A stretch of DNA of 44,888 nucleotides, taken from IMG/VR virus record IMGVR_UViG_3300044676_004725, positions 1-44,888 of that record; one strand, written 5' to 3'. This document shows positions 1 to 12,600 of the stretch, one piece after another. The position numbers and the translations under genes were made by a program. Position 1 is the stretch's first letter, and each line of letters opens with the position of its first letter. Under the pieces are notes generated by a model. The model saw only the letters and a program-made list of their open reading frames with translations. It did not search any database and had not been told where the DNA came from. The stretch is from a virus (Duplodnaviria; Caudoviricetes).

Positions 1-114
1 CAAGACATGTGTGGTGAGGATGTCTCATTCTGTCTTGATGCTAAGGAAGCAGGATTTGATATCTGGTGCGATCCTCGGATTCGTGTTGGTCACGAAAAGA
101 CTCGGGTTATTTGA
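1..114 (+). CDS. Partial CDS (3' end), glycosyltransferase family 2-like protein
   Basis: Frame 1 reads QDMCGEDVSFCLDAKEAGFDIWCDPRIRVGHEKTRVI* with TGA at 112-114. The GEDxxFC..A..AGF.IW.DP.I.VGH ending is typical of GT-A/GT2-like proteins. Not in the ORF track because it is truncated. Confidence 0.7.
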   Translation, partial: QDMCGEDVSFCLDAKEAGFDIWCDPRIRVGHEKTRVI

Positions 115-132
115 TACAGGAGGTAACTTACA

Positions 133-267
133 ATGGCAATGATGAAAGGTGGGTCTTATGTGCCCGGCAAACCCAAGAAAACTCGTCAAGGAAAATCGCA
201 GAATACCTTACTCTCTGCGACTTCTCGTAATAAGGCAAAGAAGAGGTATCGTGGACAGGGTAAATAA
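133..267 (+). CDS. Small basic hypothetical protein (44 aa)
   Basis: Translated by hand: MAMMKGGSYVPGKPKKTRQGKSQNTLLSATSRNKAKKRYRGQGK*. Strong SD (AGGAGG, 118-123) upstream, and it fills the intergenic gap. Confidence 0.8.
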   Translation: MAMMKGGSYVPGKPKKTRQGKSQNTLLSATSRNKAKKRYRGQGK

Positions 268-286
268 TAGTAGATACATTTAATTA

Positions 287-961
287 ATGGCTGCTCTTAT
301 CTGCAACCTACCTTCTGTTGAAGTATGGGTAAGAAAAGAATATCTCACTGACCATCAATCTGGTCATGGAGAATTTGTTAAAGGCGTCTGGGTATCGGCA
401 AAGTCGATTCCTGGACGCACTTTTTATTTTGAGACGTATTTGCCCGAATATGCGGCAATGTATGATAAACTACCTATCAGTGCGTTTCTCTCGTCTCCGG
501 TCCTTCCAGACCCCGATCTGGACCTTCCTAACCTACAGTTCTGGAACTGTATGGACTATGGTGTAATTGCTGTTCAGAAGCAATTTATCGGTTCTATGGA
601 CTATGAACTATATACACGGGACTTTGGTATTCAGAAAGGTACTTATGTTTGTACACTAGACAATTATCATCAAGATCCTGATGTCATTGACTATGCAACA
701 AGTGAAAATCCTGCTGAACATAAGTCACATAACCTGATTGAATTGAATAATGGGCAGTATGCACTGTATCCAAACAACAGAATGCGTATTTTTGACAATA
801 GTCTGACCCCTGTTGACCCAAAAATGCCCGATTTTAAGGTTTCAACCCAATATTATCAGGTTGAAAACGGTTTTGAACGACTTGGAATGGGTCGTGAGGA
901 CGAATATTTCTGGAAAACAGCAAAAGAAAGAGAAAATTTACCTCAAGAGGACGAAAAATGA
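287..961 (+). CDS. Conserved phage hypothetical protein (224 aa)
   Basis: Long ORF after a TAAATA box (261-266) that overlaps the next gene by ATGA. No catalytic motif recognised. Confidence 0.8.
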   Translation: MAALICNLPSVEVWVRKEYLTDHQSGHGEFVKGVWVSAKSIPGRTFYFETYLPEYAAMYDKLPISAFLSSPVLPDPDLDLPNLQFWNCMDYGVIAVQKQFIGSMDYELYTRDFGIQKGTYVCTLDNYHQDPDVIDYATSENPAEHKSHNLIELNNGQYALYPNNRMRIFDNSLTPVDPKMPDFKVSTQYYQVENGFERLGMGREDEYFWKTAKERENLPQEDEK

Positions 962-1158
962 GTACACAACACGACTTTTTGGACAATTTGGGCAATCATC
1001 AGCACCAAAAAATGCTTCGTGAGATTGCAAATGATGATTTAACACCCAAAAAACACGATTTTGTCCAACAAAACGATCTTCATGAAAAAATTCGCAATGA
1101 TGAAGACTATGATGACTGGGAATATGGTACAGAACCAATTCCACTGAACGAATTTTGA
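958..1158 (+). CDS. Small acidic hypothetical protein (66 aa)
   Basis: ATGA-coupled to the upstream gene and fills the gap before gp25. Confidence 0.7.
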   Translation: MSTQHDFLDNLGNHQHQKMLREIANDDLTPKKHDFVQQNDLHEKIRNDEDYDDWEYGTEPIPLNEF

Positions 1159-1169
1159 TAAAATGCCTT

Positions 1170-1177
1170 AATAAATA
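1170..1177 (+). promoter_or_regulatory. T4-type late promoter (AATAAATA) upstream of gp25
   Basis: Matches the gp55 late consensus TATAAATA and lies intergenically, about 20 nt before the GTG start. Confidence 0.7.
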
Positions 1178-1198
1178 AGGTATAATCGCCGTATTCGT

Positions 1199-1600
1199 GT
1201 GCCTTTAGAACGGGTTAGTCAGGGATTTAAGGATCTCAGTATGACATTCAAGAAAAATCCCTTGAGTGCTGATTTGATTGCGCTGAAAAATGAGACTGCG
1301 ATTGCCCGTTCTATAAGAAATATTGTGTTTACTGTGCCAGGGGAACGATTTTTTGATAATAATTTTGGATCTAACGTTTCTAGAGTTTTATTTGAAAATG
1401 TAGATGCTGTTTCGGCATCTAATATTAGAGATGAAATAACTCAATCGATTCTGAACTATGAACCAAGAGTTGATTTGGTTGATGTTAGAGTTTCTCCAGA
1501 TTTTGATAATAATGAATTTAATGCAACAATCATATATCGAATTATTGGTGCAAATATTCCCCCACAAGAATTACAATTCGTGCTGCAACCAACTAGGTAA
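1199..1600 (+). CDS. gp25: Baseplate wedge subunit gp25 (GPW/gp25 family)
   Basis: Motifs FKDLSMTF, AIARSIRNIVFTVPGERFF..FGS and YEPRV. Lies directly upstream of gp6; GTG start. Confidence 0.93.
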   Translation: MPLERVSQGFKDLSMTFKKNPLSADLIALKNETAIARSIRNIVFTVPGERFFDNNFGSNVSRVLFENVDAVSASNIRDEITQSILNYEPRVDLVDVRVSPDFDNNEFNATIIYRIIGANIPPQELQFVLQPTR

Positions 1601-1602
1601 AA

Positions 1603-3654
1603 ATGCCATTATCTAATTTCACAAACCTGGACTTTGAACAGGTCAAAACAACCCTTAGAGAATATCTAAAGGAAAATTCTAGTTTTACTGACTATGATTT
1701 TGAAGGGTCTAACCTTTCAACAATTTTGAATGTATTGGCATACAATACCTACATCACCTCATACAATGCAAACATGGTTGCAAATGAGGTTTTCATTGAT
1801 AGTGCAACATTAAGAGAAAATGTTGTTTCTCTCGCAAGAAATATTGGATATCTGCCAAGATCTAGAACTGCTGCAAGAGGCACATTAAGTTTTTTCGTCA
1901 GTACTGCAAATATAACTCCTACACCATCTACACTTACCCTTAAAAAGGGAATTGTTGCAACATCTTCTGGATCATTTGGAAATCAATCCTATGTATTTTC
2001 AATTTTAGAAGATATTACAGTTCCAGTTTTCAATAATGTAGCAAATTTCACCAATATAACAGTATATGAGGGAACTCTCTTAACTACTAACTTTACTGTT
2101 AACTCAAGAACTCCAAATCAAAAGTTCCTTTTAGATAATATTGGTATTGATACTGATTTGATGACGGTTACTGTCAAACCAAACGAACAATCTTCTAGAA
2201 GTGTAAAATATTCAGTTCAAGATAGTTTATTTGATGTAAAGTCAGATTCAAAAGTTTATTACCTTCAAGAATCAGACGATGAAAGATATGAATTGATTTT
2301 TGGTGATGGAATTTTTGGAAATAAATTAGAAGACAATAACTTTATTACAGTAGATTATATCACATCTAGTGGTGATGCTGCAAACGGGGTTGGTAAGTTT
2401 AGATATGCAGGTAAACTGATCTACAACCGCAATGCTCAAGAGTACACAGTAACATCAGGGATTTCTGGTGTTGTAACTGGTCTTGCGGCATCTGGTGGTG
2501 AATCTATTGAAGGTGTTGAGTCAATTAAAAAGTATGCACCAAGAATTTATGCTTCACAAAACCGTGCATTAACTGCAAATGACTATGAAACATTAATTCC
2601 AGCAAAAATTTATCCCGAAACTGAGTCGATTTCAGTTTTTGGTGGTGAAGAGTTGGTTCCTCCACAGTATGGAAAGGTTTTTATCAGCATAAAACCAAGA
2701 TTTGGTGATTTTCTTCCAAATTTAATCAAAGAAAACATTAAACTAAAACTCAAGAAGTATGCTGTTGCTGGAATTGTTCCAGAAATTCTTGATTTAAAAT
2801 ATTTGTTCTTGGAAGTTGACACTAAAATCTATTATAACTCCAATCTTGCTCCGTCATCAACTGCGGTTTCCTCTATCGTTCAGAATAATGCACTAAAGTA
2901 TGCAGAATCTTCTGACATGAATAAGTATGGTGCAAGATTTAAGTATAGTAAATTTTTGAACATTATTGATGACAGTCATGAGGCTGTAACATCGAATATT
3001 ACCACAGTTAGAATAAGAAGAGATTTAAGAGTTCTCATTAATCAATTTGCAGAATACTCCATTGGATTTGGAAATCAATTCCACATCAAGAGTATGGATG
3101 GATATAATATTAAATCAAGTGCCTTTAGAATTGCGGGTATTTCCGAAAATGTGTATATGTCTGATATCCCAGACACAAATAGAGTAACTGGATCAATCTT
3201 CCTATTCACTTTACCTTCGGTTGGTTCTCAGTCCCCAACCGTTGTAAGAAGAAATGTTGGAACTATTACGTATACAACGGGTGTTATTACATTGAATCCA
3301 GTAAACATACTGGCAGCACAAGAAAAGGATAATACTCAAATAATTGAAATTGAAGCAACACCACAGTCCAACGATGTTATCGGATTACAGGACTTGTATT
3401 TGCAACTAGATATTAGTGGTAGTAATTTTGAAACAGTTGTTGATGAAATTGCATCTGGGTTAGATCCATCGGCATCTAACTATGTGGTGTCTTCAAGTTA
3501 TCCAAATGGTAACCTAGTTCGTTCTGGAGGTCCTTCTAGTACAGTATCAACAAGCACAACTCCTAATGGTGGATCAACAATATCTACTGCTGGTGCTACA
3601 ACCACTACCACGACTACTACAACAGGATCTTCTTCCGGTTCATCTTCATACTAA
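1603..3654 (+). CDS. gp6: Baseplate wedge subunit gp6
   Basis: Motifs LDFEQVK, DYDFEGSNLS, EVFIDSATLRENVVSLARNIGY.P.S, FGDGIFG, QNRALTANDY and PPQYGKVFISIKP. Confidence 0.95.
   Translation: MPLSNFTNLDFEQVKTTLREYLKENSSFTDYDFEGSNLSTILNVLAYNTYITSYNANMVANEVFIDSATLRENVVSLARNIGYLPRSRTAARGTLSFFVSTANITPTPSTLTLKKGIVATSSGSFGNQSYVFSILEDITVPVFNNVANFTNITVYEGTLLTTNFTVNSRTPNQKFLLDNIGIDTDLMTVTVKPNEQSSRSVKYSVQDSLFDVKSDSKVYYLQESDDERYELIFGDGIFGNKLEDNNFITVDYITSSGDAANGVGKFRYAGKLIYNRNAQEYTVTSGISGVVTGLAASGGESIEGVESIKKYAPRIYASQNRALTANDYETLIPAKIYPETESISVFGGEELVPPQYGKVFISIKPRFGDFLPNLIKENIKLKLKKYAVAGIVPEILDLKYLFLEVDTKIYYNSNLAPSSTAVSSIVQNNALKYAESSDMNKYGARFKYSKFLNIIDDSHEAVTSNITTVRIRRDLRVLINQFAEYSIGFGNQFHIKSMDGYNIKSSAFRIAGISENVYMSDIPDTNRVTGSIFLFTLPSVGSQSPTVVRRNVGTITYTTGVITLNPVNILAAQEKDNTQIIEIEATPQSNDVIGLQDLYLQLDISGSNFETVVDEIASGLDPSASNYVVSSSYPNGNLVRSGGPSSTVSTSTTPNGGSTISTAGATTTTTTTTTGSSSGSSSY
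3523..3651 (+). repeat. Ser/Thr/Gly low-complexity C-terminal tail of gp6, including a Thr9 run (ACN codons)
   Basis: Reads SGGPSSTVSTSTTPNGGSTISTAGATTTTTTTTTGSSSGSSSY. Confidence 0.85.
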
Positions 3655-3672
3655 AGACGATAAATTCATAAA

Positions 3673-6600
3673 ATGTCAGAAAACAGAGTTCAGTTAAACG
3701 CTATTGTCTCAAGTCAACTTCCTGCATATGTAAGGGAGGATTTTCCTTTAGTATCTGAGTTTTTAAAACAATACTATCTTGGGCAAGAGTATCAAGGTGG
3801 ACCAGTTGATCTGATTCAAAATATTGACAAGTACATAAAATTAGACAACACTACAAATTTAACTGAAAGCGTTATTCTTGGTGGGGACATTACTTTTTAT
3901 GATAGAACCATTACTGTTGATCCAGGAAAGTCTCCAACAGGGACAAAGGGATTCCCAGATACATATGGATTATTAAAAATTGAAAATGAGGTAATTACAT
4001 ATACCGGAAAAACTGAATTTTCTTTCACAGGATGTAGAAGAGGATTTGTAGGTATAACCTCTTTGAGAGATAATATCAATAAAGAAGAAGTACTGTTTGA
4101 AGCAAATCAGGCAGAAGAGCACGAAGCTGGAAGAACGATTGAAAACCTGAGTTGTTTGTTTTTAAAAGAGTTCTTACTGAAAACAAAGCATCAACTTCTT
4201 CCTGGACTAGAAAATAGACCTTTAGATGAAAATCTAAATCAAAATCTATTCATCAAACAATCCAAAGACTTTTATTTAAGTAAAGGAACTGATGAATCGT
4301 TTAAAATTCTTTTTAAAGCATTATACAACAAAGATGTTTCTATTGTAAGACCATCAGAACATCTTTTTACTCCATCAAATTCAAATTATGAAGTTGTAAA
4401 TCAATTAGTTGTTGAAGCAGTTTCTGGAAATCCAGAAAATTTAGATGCAGCTACCTTATACCAGGATACATATAAATTTGATTCTAGTATACAAAAAGCA
4501 TATGCACCAATATCTTCTGTAGAAAAAATTGAAGTTGGATATGGCAAATCTTTCTATCGTTTAAATTATGATGGTGGATATGATAGAGATATTAGAGCTA
4601 GTGGTGTAACATATGGACGATTTTCTGTAGAAGCATCAACCAAAGTTATTGGAAATGTTTCTTCTGGATCCACAATAATTGATGTTGACTCAACGGTGGG
4701 ATTTGGAAGCACAGGTGAGTTATATGTAACCTATGCAGATACTACGACAGGTTTTGTTTCATATACTTCAAAATCTTTAACACAGTTCTTTGGTGTTACT
4801 AATTTAACTGGAAGCATATCAGACACAACCACTGTTGGAATTAACACCTTTGCATATGGAAGATCTAAATTAAACCAAGATGAAATCATAAGAGTTAGAA
4901 TTTCATCAGTTCTTGATAAAGTAAGTCTTCCAGTAGGAACAAATAGTTTAAAGAAAGACACTACTGCAAGATTAACAACATTAGGTATTAACGAAAATAA
5001 TTTCAAAACTAACAAGTGGTTTTATAATGTAGCTCCGATATACAAAGTATCTAAAGTAGAATTAATAGATTCTTCAGACTTTACTTACAAAATTACTTTA
5101 AACACAAAGCATTATTTCAGACCAGGAAATTCTGCAGATATTATTCTTAATGATGCAACTGAAAGGTCAACGTCTATTGTCAGTATTGCTAGTGAAAAAT
5201 CATTCAATGTTCGTGGACAAGGGTCTTTAAATCCAGCCACGGTTCTAAAGATTAGAAGAAAGATTCAAAAAGGATCTTCAAATACTTTTCCAAAAATTCA
5301 ACAATTCTCTACAGATGTTGATGCATTATTTAAAAATGATAGTGAAGAATACATTGTTGCATCACAGTCCCTTCCAAAGTATAATGCACAACCAATTGAA
5401 GTAACTCCAAGACAATTCAAGTTTTCTGGAACTTTCTCTGGTACTGAATTTGAAATTTCACCAGGAGTCGAGCATGGATTCTACACTGGAGATGCTATTC
5501 ACTATAGTGCCAGATCAGTCTCCCAACAGTATGTTGATGACTCAGGAACAGTAAAAACAAGATTTGTAAGAGATACTGGATTATTTGATGATGGTTTATA
5601 TTTTGTCGAAAGAGTTAGTGGTTCTACTGTAAAATTTGCTAAAAGTAGAAATGACATCTATCTGGCAAAATATGTTTCAGTAGACACTGCAACAACTGTA
5701 ACAGATAGTCTTATTCAACCATTTGAATTTTATGGAAAGACATTAAAACCACAAAAGATTTTAAGAAAAATATCTTTACCAGAGTCCGATGGTTCTGTAA
5801 ATGAAACAAAACCTGGATTTACAGGAGTGTTAGTGAATGGTGTAGAAATTTTAAATTACAAAGCAAAAGACACTATTTCTTATGGTGAAATTGAAAATGT
5901 TGATGTCTTATCACCAGGAAATAATGTTGATATTATAAATCCACCAAATCTTCTCATCACTGATTCTGTTGGAACGGGTGCTACTGGATATATTTCAGTC
6001 TCAGGATCTCTTAGAGAAATCAGAATAAAAGATTCTGGATTTGATTATCTTTCAGTGCCAAAAGTATCAATTTCTGGAGGAAATGGTCGAGGGGCACTGT
6101 GTCAAGTCAACATGAAACTTATTGACCACTCACCAGAATTCTTTGCAGATCAAGTATCTGATAGAGTTGTTGTGGGAGTTGCATCTACTCAATCTAGAAT
6201 TGGATTTTCTACTTATCACAAATTTAGAAATGCTGAGCAAGTAATTTATAAAACTGGTGATCAACAGGCCATCGCAGGCATAGTAACTAATGCTTCATAT
6301 TATGTTTCTGTAATCGATAATACAACTGTAAGATTGCATAAAACTCAGGGTGATGCAATTGCTGGTCTGAACACTGTATTTTTGACAAGTTTTGGTATTG
6401 GAAAACATTCTCTTCAATCAGTAAAACAAAAATCAGTAGTTAGTTCAATTAACGTTGTCAATGGTGGGGTTGGTTATGAAAACAAAAAGAGAACCTCTCC
6501 TGCATTGACAGGAATTAATACAGCACTCAATACAATCTCTATATCCAATCACGATTACAATTCGGGTGAATTGGTTAAGTACACTTGTGTCGGAACACCA

Positions 6601-9600
6601 ACTTCTGGTCTAACTGTCAACACTGAATATTATGTCACTGTAGTTGATAAAGACACATTTAAACTTTCTTCTATTGGAGTATCTTCTGATAAGGAATATA
6701 ACTATAGGACAAAACAATACATTAATCTTGAATCTGTTGGGGTTGGAACTCACGTATTTAATTATCCAGATATATCAGTCACCTTGGCAGGTGAAGTTGG
6801 AATATCTTCAATAGGACTGGAAACTTTTAAAGCAGAGATAGATCCAATTTTTAGAGGTTCCGTAACTTCTGTTCATCTTGAAAATGGTGGGGTTGGGTAT
6901 GGATCGTCAGAAATCTTAAACTTTGTACGTCCTCCTCAAATTACAATACAGCAAGGAGAAAATGCACAGGTAAAACCAGTAATCTCTAATGGCAGAATCT
7001 CTCAGGTTATTATTTTAAATTCTGGATCAAACTATACTTCAACTCCAGATTTGATTCTCAATGGAGAAGGAATAGGTGCTGTTTTGGTGCCCATCATGCA
7101 AGGTGGGTCTCTGTCAGAAGTTAGAGTGATTGAACCTGGAAGTGGATATACTGAAGACTCAACTGTTATTGATGTTTTTGATCCAGCAGAGAGTGATTTT
7201 GAACCAGTATTCAGTTCAAAATTAAAAACTTGGACAGTCAATCTATTTGAAAAGAATTTCCCATTCTATGCTAAAGATGATGGTGTTATTGTATCAGGAT
7301 ATAATGAACTACAATACTCTCATTTGTATCCACCTAGGGTATTGAGACAAAGTTGTTTCTCTGTAGATCAAGAAGGAAATACTTTATATGGAGAAAGTGA
7401 TCTTCGTAGAGTCAATAGCATAGAGGTAAAATCAACCAAACACTCACCGATCCTAGGATTTGCATATGACGGAAATCCCATTTATGGTCCATATGGATTC
7501 TCTGGAAAGAGTGGTGGTGTAGTTGATCGAATGAAGTCTGGATACTCTCTAGATTTAAAGTCCAATAGACCATTAACTTCTATTTTTCCTGAAGGATTTT
7601 TCATTGAAGATTATACTCACAAAAAAGTATCCAATGAAAGTGTTCTTGACGAAAACAATGGAAGGTTCTGTGTTACTCCAGATTATCCAGAGGGAACATA
7701 TGCATACTTCATGACAATTAATGATTCATTTGCAGAATCTTCTGGAGTATTTGAGAAGTATAATAAACCAGTATTCCCATATATCATTGGACACAATTAT
7801 AAGTCTATTCCCAACGAATTTAATTACCAAAATTCTTCTGTTCAGGATTTATATGATTTTGAATCTAGTGATCTTCGTAAAAATACGGAACCACTGAATC
7901 TCATAGAAGAAGATTCAGAATATCCTTATATTTTTATTCCAAATAAATTAAATCAAACTTTAGATATTACTGCAGCATCTCCAGGAACTGTTGATAGTAT
8001 TGGTATTGTGACTGCAGGTGATAACTACAAAGTAGGTGAGACTCTGGTATTCAACAATACGGGTACTGGTGGGGATAGTGCATATGCTAAAATTACGAAA
8101 CTCAAAGGAAAATCAGTAGAACGTATTAGTGTTGCCACTAGTACAATAGAAAGTGTTGAGATTTATCCTGGTGACAAACCAGGTAGATATGAAATTTATA
8201 GTGATTATCCGCATCAATTTACTAATCTTGATATTATTTCTATTTCGGGCGTCTCCACAACGGGATCTGGAATTGATGGATCGTACACTTCTGGTATATC
8301 ATCTAGTAGATTTACCATTGCTGGTGTTGGAACAACTGGAGTTGCAATAGGAACTGATGGAGTAACTGGACTAGTAACTTACTTCAATTTGGTTGGAGAT
8401 CTCTCTTTCAAAAATATTAGAGAAAATGACATACTTGAGGCAGGGACTGAAAGAGTCAAAGTCCTGAATGTTGATGAACTTTCTTCAAGAATAAGAGTTC
8501 TTAGAGCAGTAGATAACACAGTTTCAACGTCTCACACAATTGGTAAGTACATATACGAAGATCCCAGAAAACTATCATTCAATGTTGGATATAAAACTGA
8601 CTATGATTACAGAATTAACGAACAAGTTTATTTTAATCCAGTAGAAACTGTTGGATTAGGAACAACTGCTGGGGTTGGTATTGGAACTACTATTTCATTC
8701 TCTAATCCCGGTGCAGGAATAACTCAGAAGTTTATTCCAACGAAATCACTTTACTTTAAAAACCATAATTTCAGAACGGGAGATTTGGTAACATATTCTC
8801 CTGGTAGTGGTGGAACTGGACTATATGTTGAAGATGAAAGCAACGTTGGTATTGGCACAACGTTAACAAATGGAGAACAGTTATTTGTTGCAAAAATAAA
8901 CGATGACTTGATTGGAATTGCAACGGTAAGAGTTGGACTAGGAACCACTGGAACTTTTGTTGGAATTGCGTCTACACACAGAAGTTCTTCCACTCTCTTT
9001 ATAAAAGGTGTTGGAATTGGTGACACACATAGTTTCACAACAAATCACACTGTTATAACAGGAACTTTAAGTAAGAATACAGTTACTGTTTCCACGGCAT
9101 CAACACATGGACTTAGCCCAGATCACAAAGTTGATATATTTGTAAATCCTTCAGATACAAAAACTGTAACTGTAAAGTATGACGAATATAATAGAAGAAT
9201 TGTTGCCAATCCTCTAGAGTTTACAAATACTGGAATTGATACTTCTACAGGAATTATAACTTTATCTGATCATGGATTCAAAGGTGGGGAAAAGGTAATC
9301 TATACTGCTACAGACGTTTCTGAGGGTCTTGTAGATGAAAGCATTTACTATATTTCTAGAGTTGATAGTAATCGTGTTAAGTTATCAACAACTTACTACA
9401 ACTCAACTTTAGAAGATCCAATTACTGTTGGAATTGCCAGCACTGGAACAACTGGTGGAACTATTAGTCCAATCAATCCTCCACTTACTTTATATAAAAA
9501 TTCTACAGTAACCTTTGATCTCTCAGATTCCTCTCTCGGATATACTGTATTTGGATCAAATTATCCAGCATTTGATTTAAACCTTTATACGGATAAAAAC

Positions 9601-12600
9601 TTTACTCAAGTATGGGATAAAACAAAATCCAGCAAAGATTTTGAATATACAAAATCTGGAAAAGTTGGTTCTGCTGGAGGAAAATCCATACTGAGAGTTA
9701 ACTCAAACATTCCTGAAGTTTTATATTATAAACTTGATCTTGTATATGATGATAATCTTCCAGAAGTTAAATCTCAAGTAGTTGTTGACGAAGATGTTAT
9801 TTCTGGAAATGAATTAAACATGAAAGTAAGTGGATATAATGGAAATCATAAGATTTTTGTTGGAACAACCACTACATTCACTTATACTCTGGGTAAAGTT
9901 CCAGAATCAGTTTCTTATGCATCGTCCACCTCATCTCAAATTGATTATGAAACTGATTGTACTCATACCGATGGTCCTGTAGCAAAGGTAGAGGTTATAA
10001 ATCCAGGAAGAAATTATTATTCACTTCCAGGTATAACCACTGTCAATAATACTAGTGGGTCTGGTGCAGTATTTGAAGCAAATAGTTCTACTATTGGTGC
10101 ATTAAAGTCTTCAAAATTAAATAGTATTGGATTCAATTTACCCACAGACAATACTCTTAAACCAAGAATTCTTTTCCCACAAACAGTTAAGATTAATGCA
10201 CTATATTCTTTTGAAGAAATTGGAATATCTTCATTTGGAAGAGGATTTAGTATTCCACCTCAATTAGTCGTTATTGATGGAGCAACTAAAACGGTTGTTG
10301 ATGATATAATTCTTAAAATGACTCCTGGGAATGAAAGAGTCGAAATTATTAAGAATACAAATAGATTGTCAAATGTTGCTCCAACAATTATTCCAACTGT
10401 TACAGACTCTGGAGTAGGAATTAGTACGATTACATATGATGCTGCAAGTAAAGAAGCAACGGCAACGTTATCTGTTGGATTTAGCACCATCAATAGTTTC
10501 CCATTCTCTGTTGGAGACAATGTTCTTGTAGAAAATGCTAGTGTTGGCGTTGGTTCTACTGGAAAAGGGTTTAATTCCAAAAACTATAACTACAAACTTT
10601 TCCCCGTAGTTTCTGTTACGGAGAATCTTGGTGGAATTGGATCTGTTACTTTCAGTATGGATGGATTTATCAATACTGGAGAAACTCCTGGTGAGTATAA
10701 CACTGTAAATTCTGCAGGCAGAATAACCGCACAAAAACATTTCCCAATATTTGAGGTTTTATTAACAACAAGTAATTTTATTGTAGGAGAAGAAGTTGAA
10801 TCTGAATCTGCTACCGGTACACTTGAAGATTGGAATCCTAGATTAGGAATTCTCAGAATTTCTTCAAAAGAAAACTTTGTTGTTGGTGAATCCATTACTG
10901 GAAAGTCTTCTAGTGTTGTTGGTATTGCAACTTCAGTAAAAGCATTTGAATCTTACATCGATTTTGGATCTTCAACTAAAACTATTAGAGGTTCTCAAAC
11001 CGATTCTGGAATCTTAAACTTTGAGCAGCAAAGAATTCAAGATAATTTCTATTATCAAAAGTTCTCTTATTCACTCAAGTCAGAAATTCCTTTTGATACT
11101 TGGAATGACTCAGTTTCTACACTCAACCACACTCTTGGATATAAGAAGTTTGCTGATTATCAACTAGAGTCTGTCAACAGCAATCAAATGAATGTTGGAA
11201 TTGCATCTGATGGACTCACCACTGTTAATGATATAACCTCTTTTGGAAGTCTTCATTGTGTTCATGATTTTGATTTGGCAACGGAGAACAGCAAAGGATC
11301 TCCATTTATTTCTGACGAGATAGTATTTAAGAATAGAATTTTAACTGACTATTTTGAATCTATTGGAAATAGAGTTCTCTCTATCGATGATATTAGTGGT
11401 CAATTTAATAGTGAACCAAGAGCAACTCCTTTTAGTGTCGTAGACATTTTTGATCTTGGAGATATAAAAGCTCAAAAGTACATCACTTACATAAGAGATA
11501 AGAGATACACTGGTCAGAGACAATTAATGATTGTTGATTTGGTCCATAATGGATCAGTTGGTTTCTTAAATCAGTATGGTAGAGTAGAATCTACTTATGA
11601 TCAAGGTTCGTTTGATTTTAGTATTTCTGGATCCGATGGACAACTTTTATTCTACCCAACTAATTTTACCGTCAATGATTATGATTTGGCAACAGTTTCA
11701 TACAATTTGAGTGGTATTGCAACTGGAATTGGAACAACATCTTTTGCAGGAGTTGCAAAGATTGAAACTAAGAGCACTGAAATTGCATCTGGAGTTTCTA
11801 CTTCAATCGTTTCCATTGCAAATACATACACATCTGCGAAAGTCATAATCAATATTACACCAGATATTAACAAAACTAATCTATATGAGTTAGTTGAATT
11901 AAATGTTATTAACGATGGAACAACTGTTGACTTGTTAGAGTTTGGTAGATTAACTGCCGAAGGTGTTACTGCCGCATCGTCTGCTGGATTTGGAACATAC
12001 TCTGCATATGATAGTGGAACTCATTTGAACATCGATTTCCATCCAGGAGTCGGTATTGCAACGACCGCTGTTGTTAATGCAATGTATGTTGGTCTTGCAA
12101 CTCATACATCTACGGGAATATCTACGGTTAACATAACCAGAGCAACACTTGATGCAAGAACAACAACAATTGCTTCTTCTGGATCACCTGGATTCACAAC
12201 CATCTCAGATTATTCTAATGATGATGATGGAGCATACTTCATTGTACAGGTAACTGATACTACTAATAATAGAATCCAGTTATCGGAAGTAGTTGCTGTT
12301 GATAATTTTGTTGATACTGCAAACCCATATGACGTTTATTTTGCAGAATATGCAAATCTGGAAAGTTCTGCTGGTCTCGGAACCATAGGTGCTACTATTG
12401 ATTCTGACGGAAGAACATCTCTAACGTTCACTCCTATTCCCAGTATTGATACCGTAGTTACCGTATTCAAAAACTCGATTAGATTGGATGTTGTTGACTC
12501 AAGTTATCCAAATGAAATTGATTTCACAAATGGAACTATTGTTACTCAACCTGGAGAGTACACTGGAACTGAATCTGATATTAAGAGAGAGTTTGGATTA

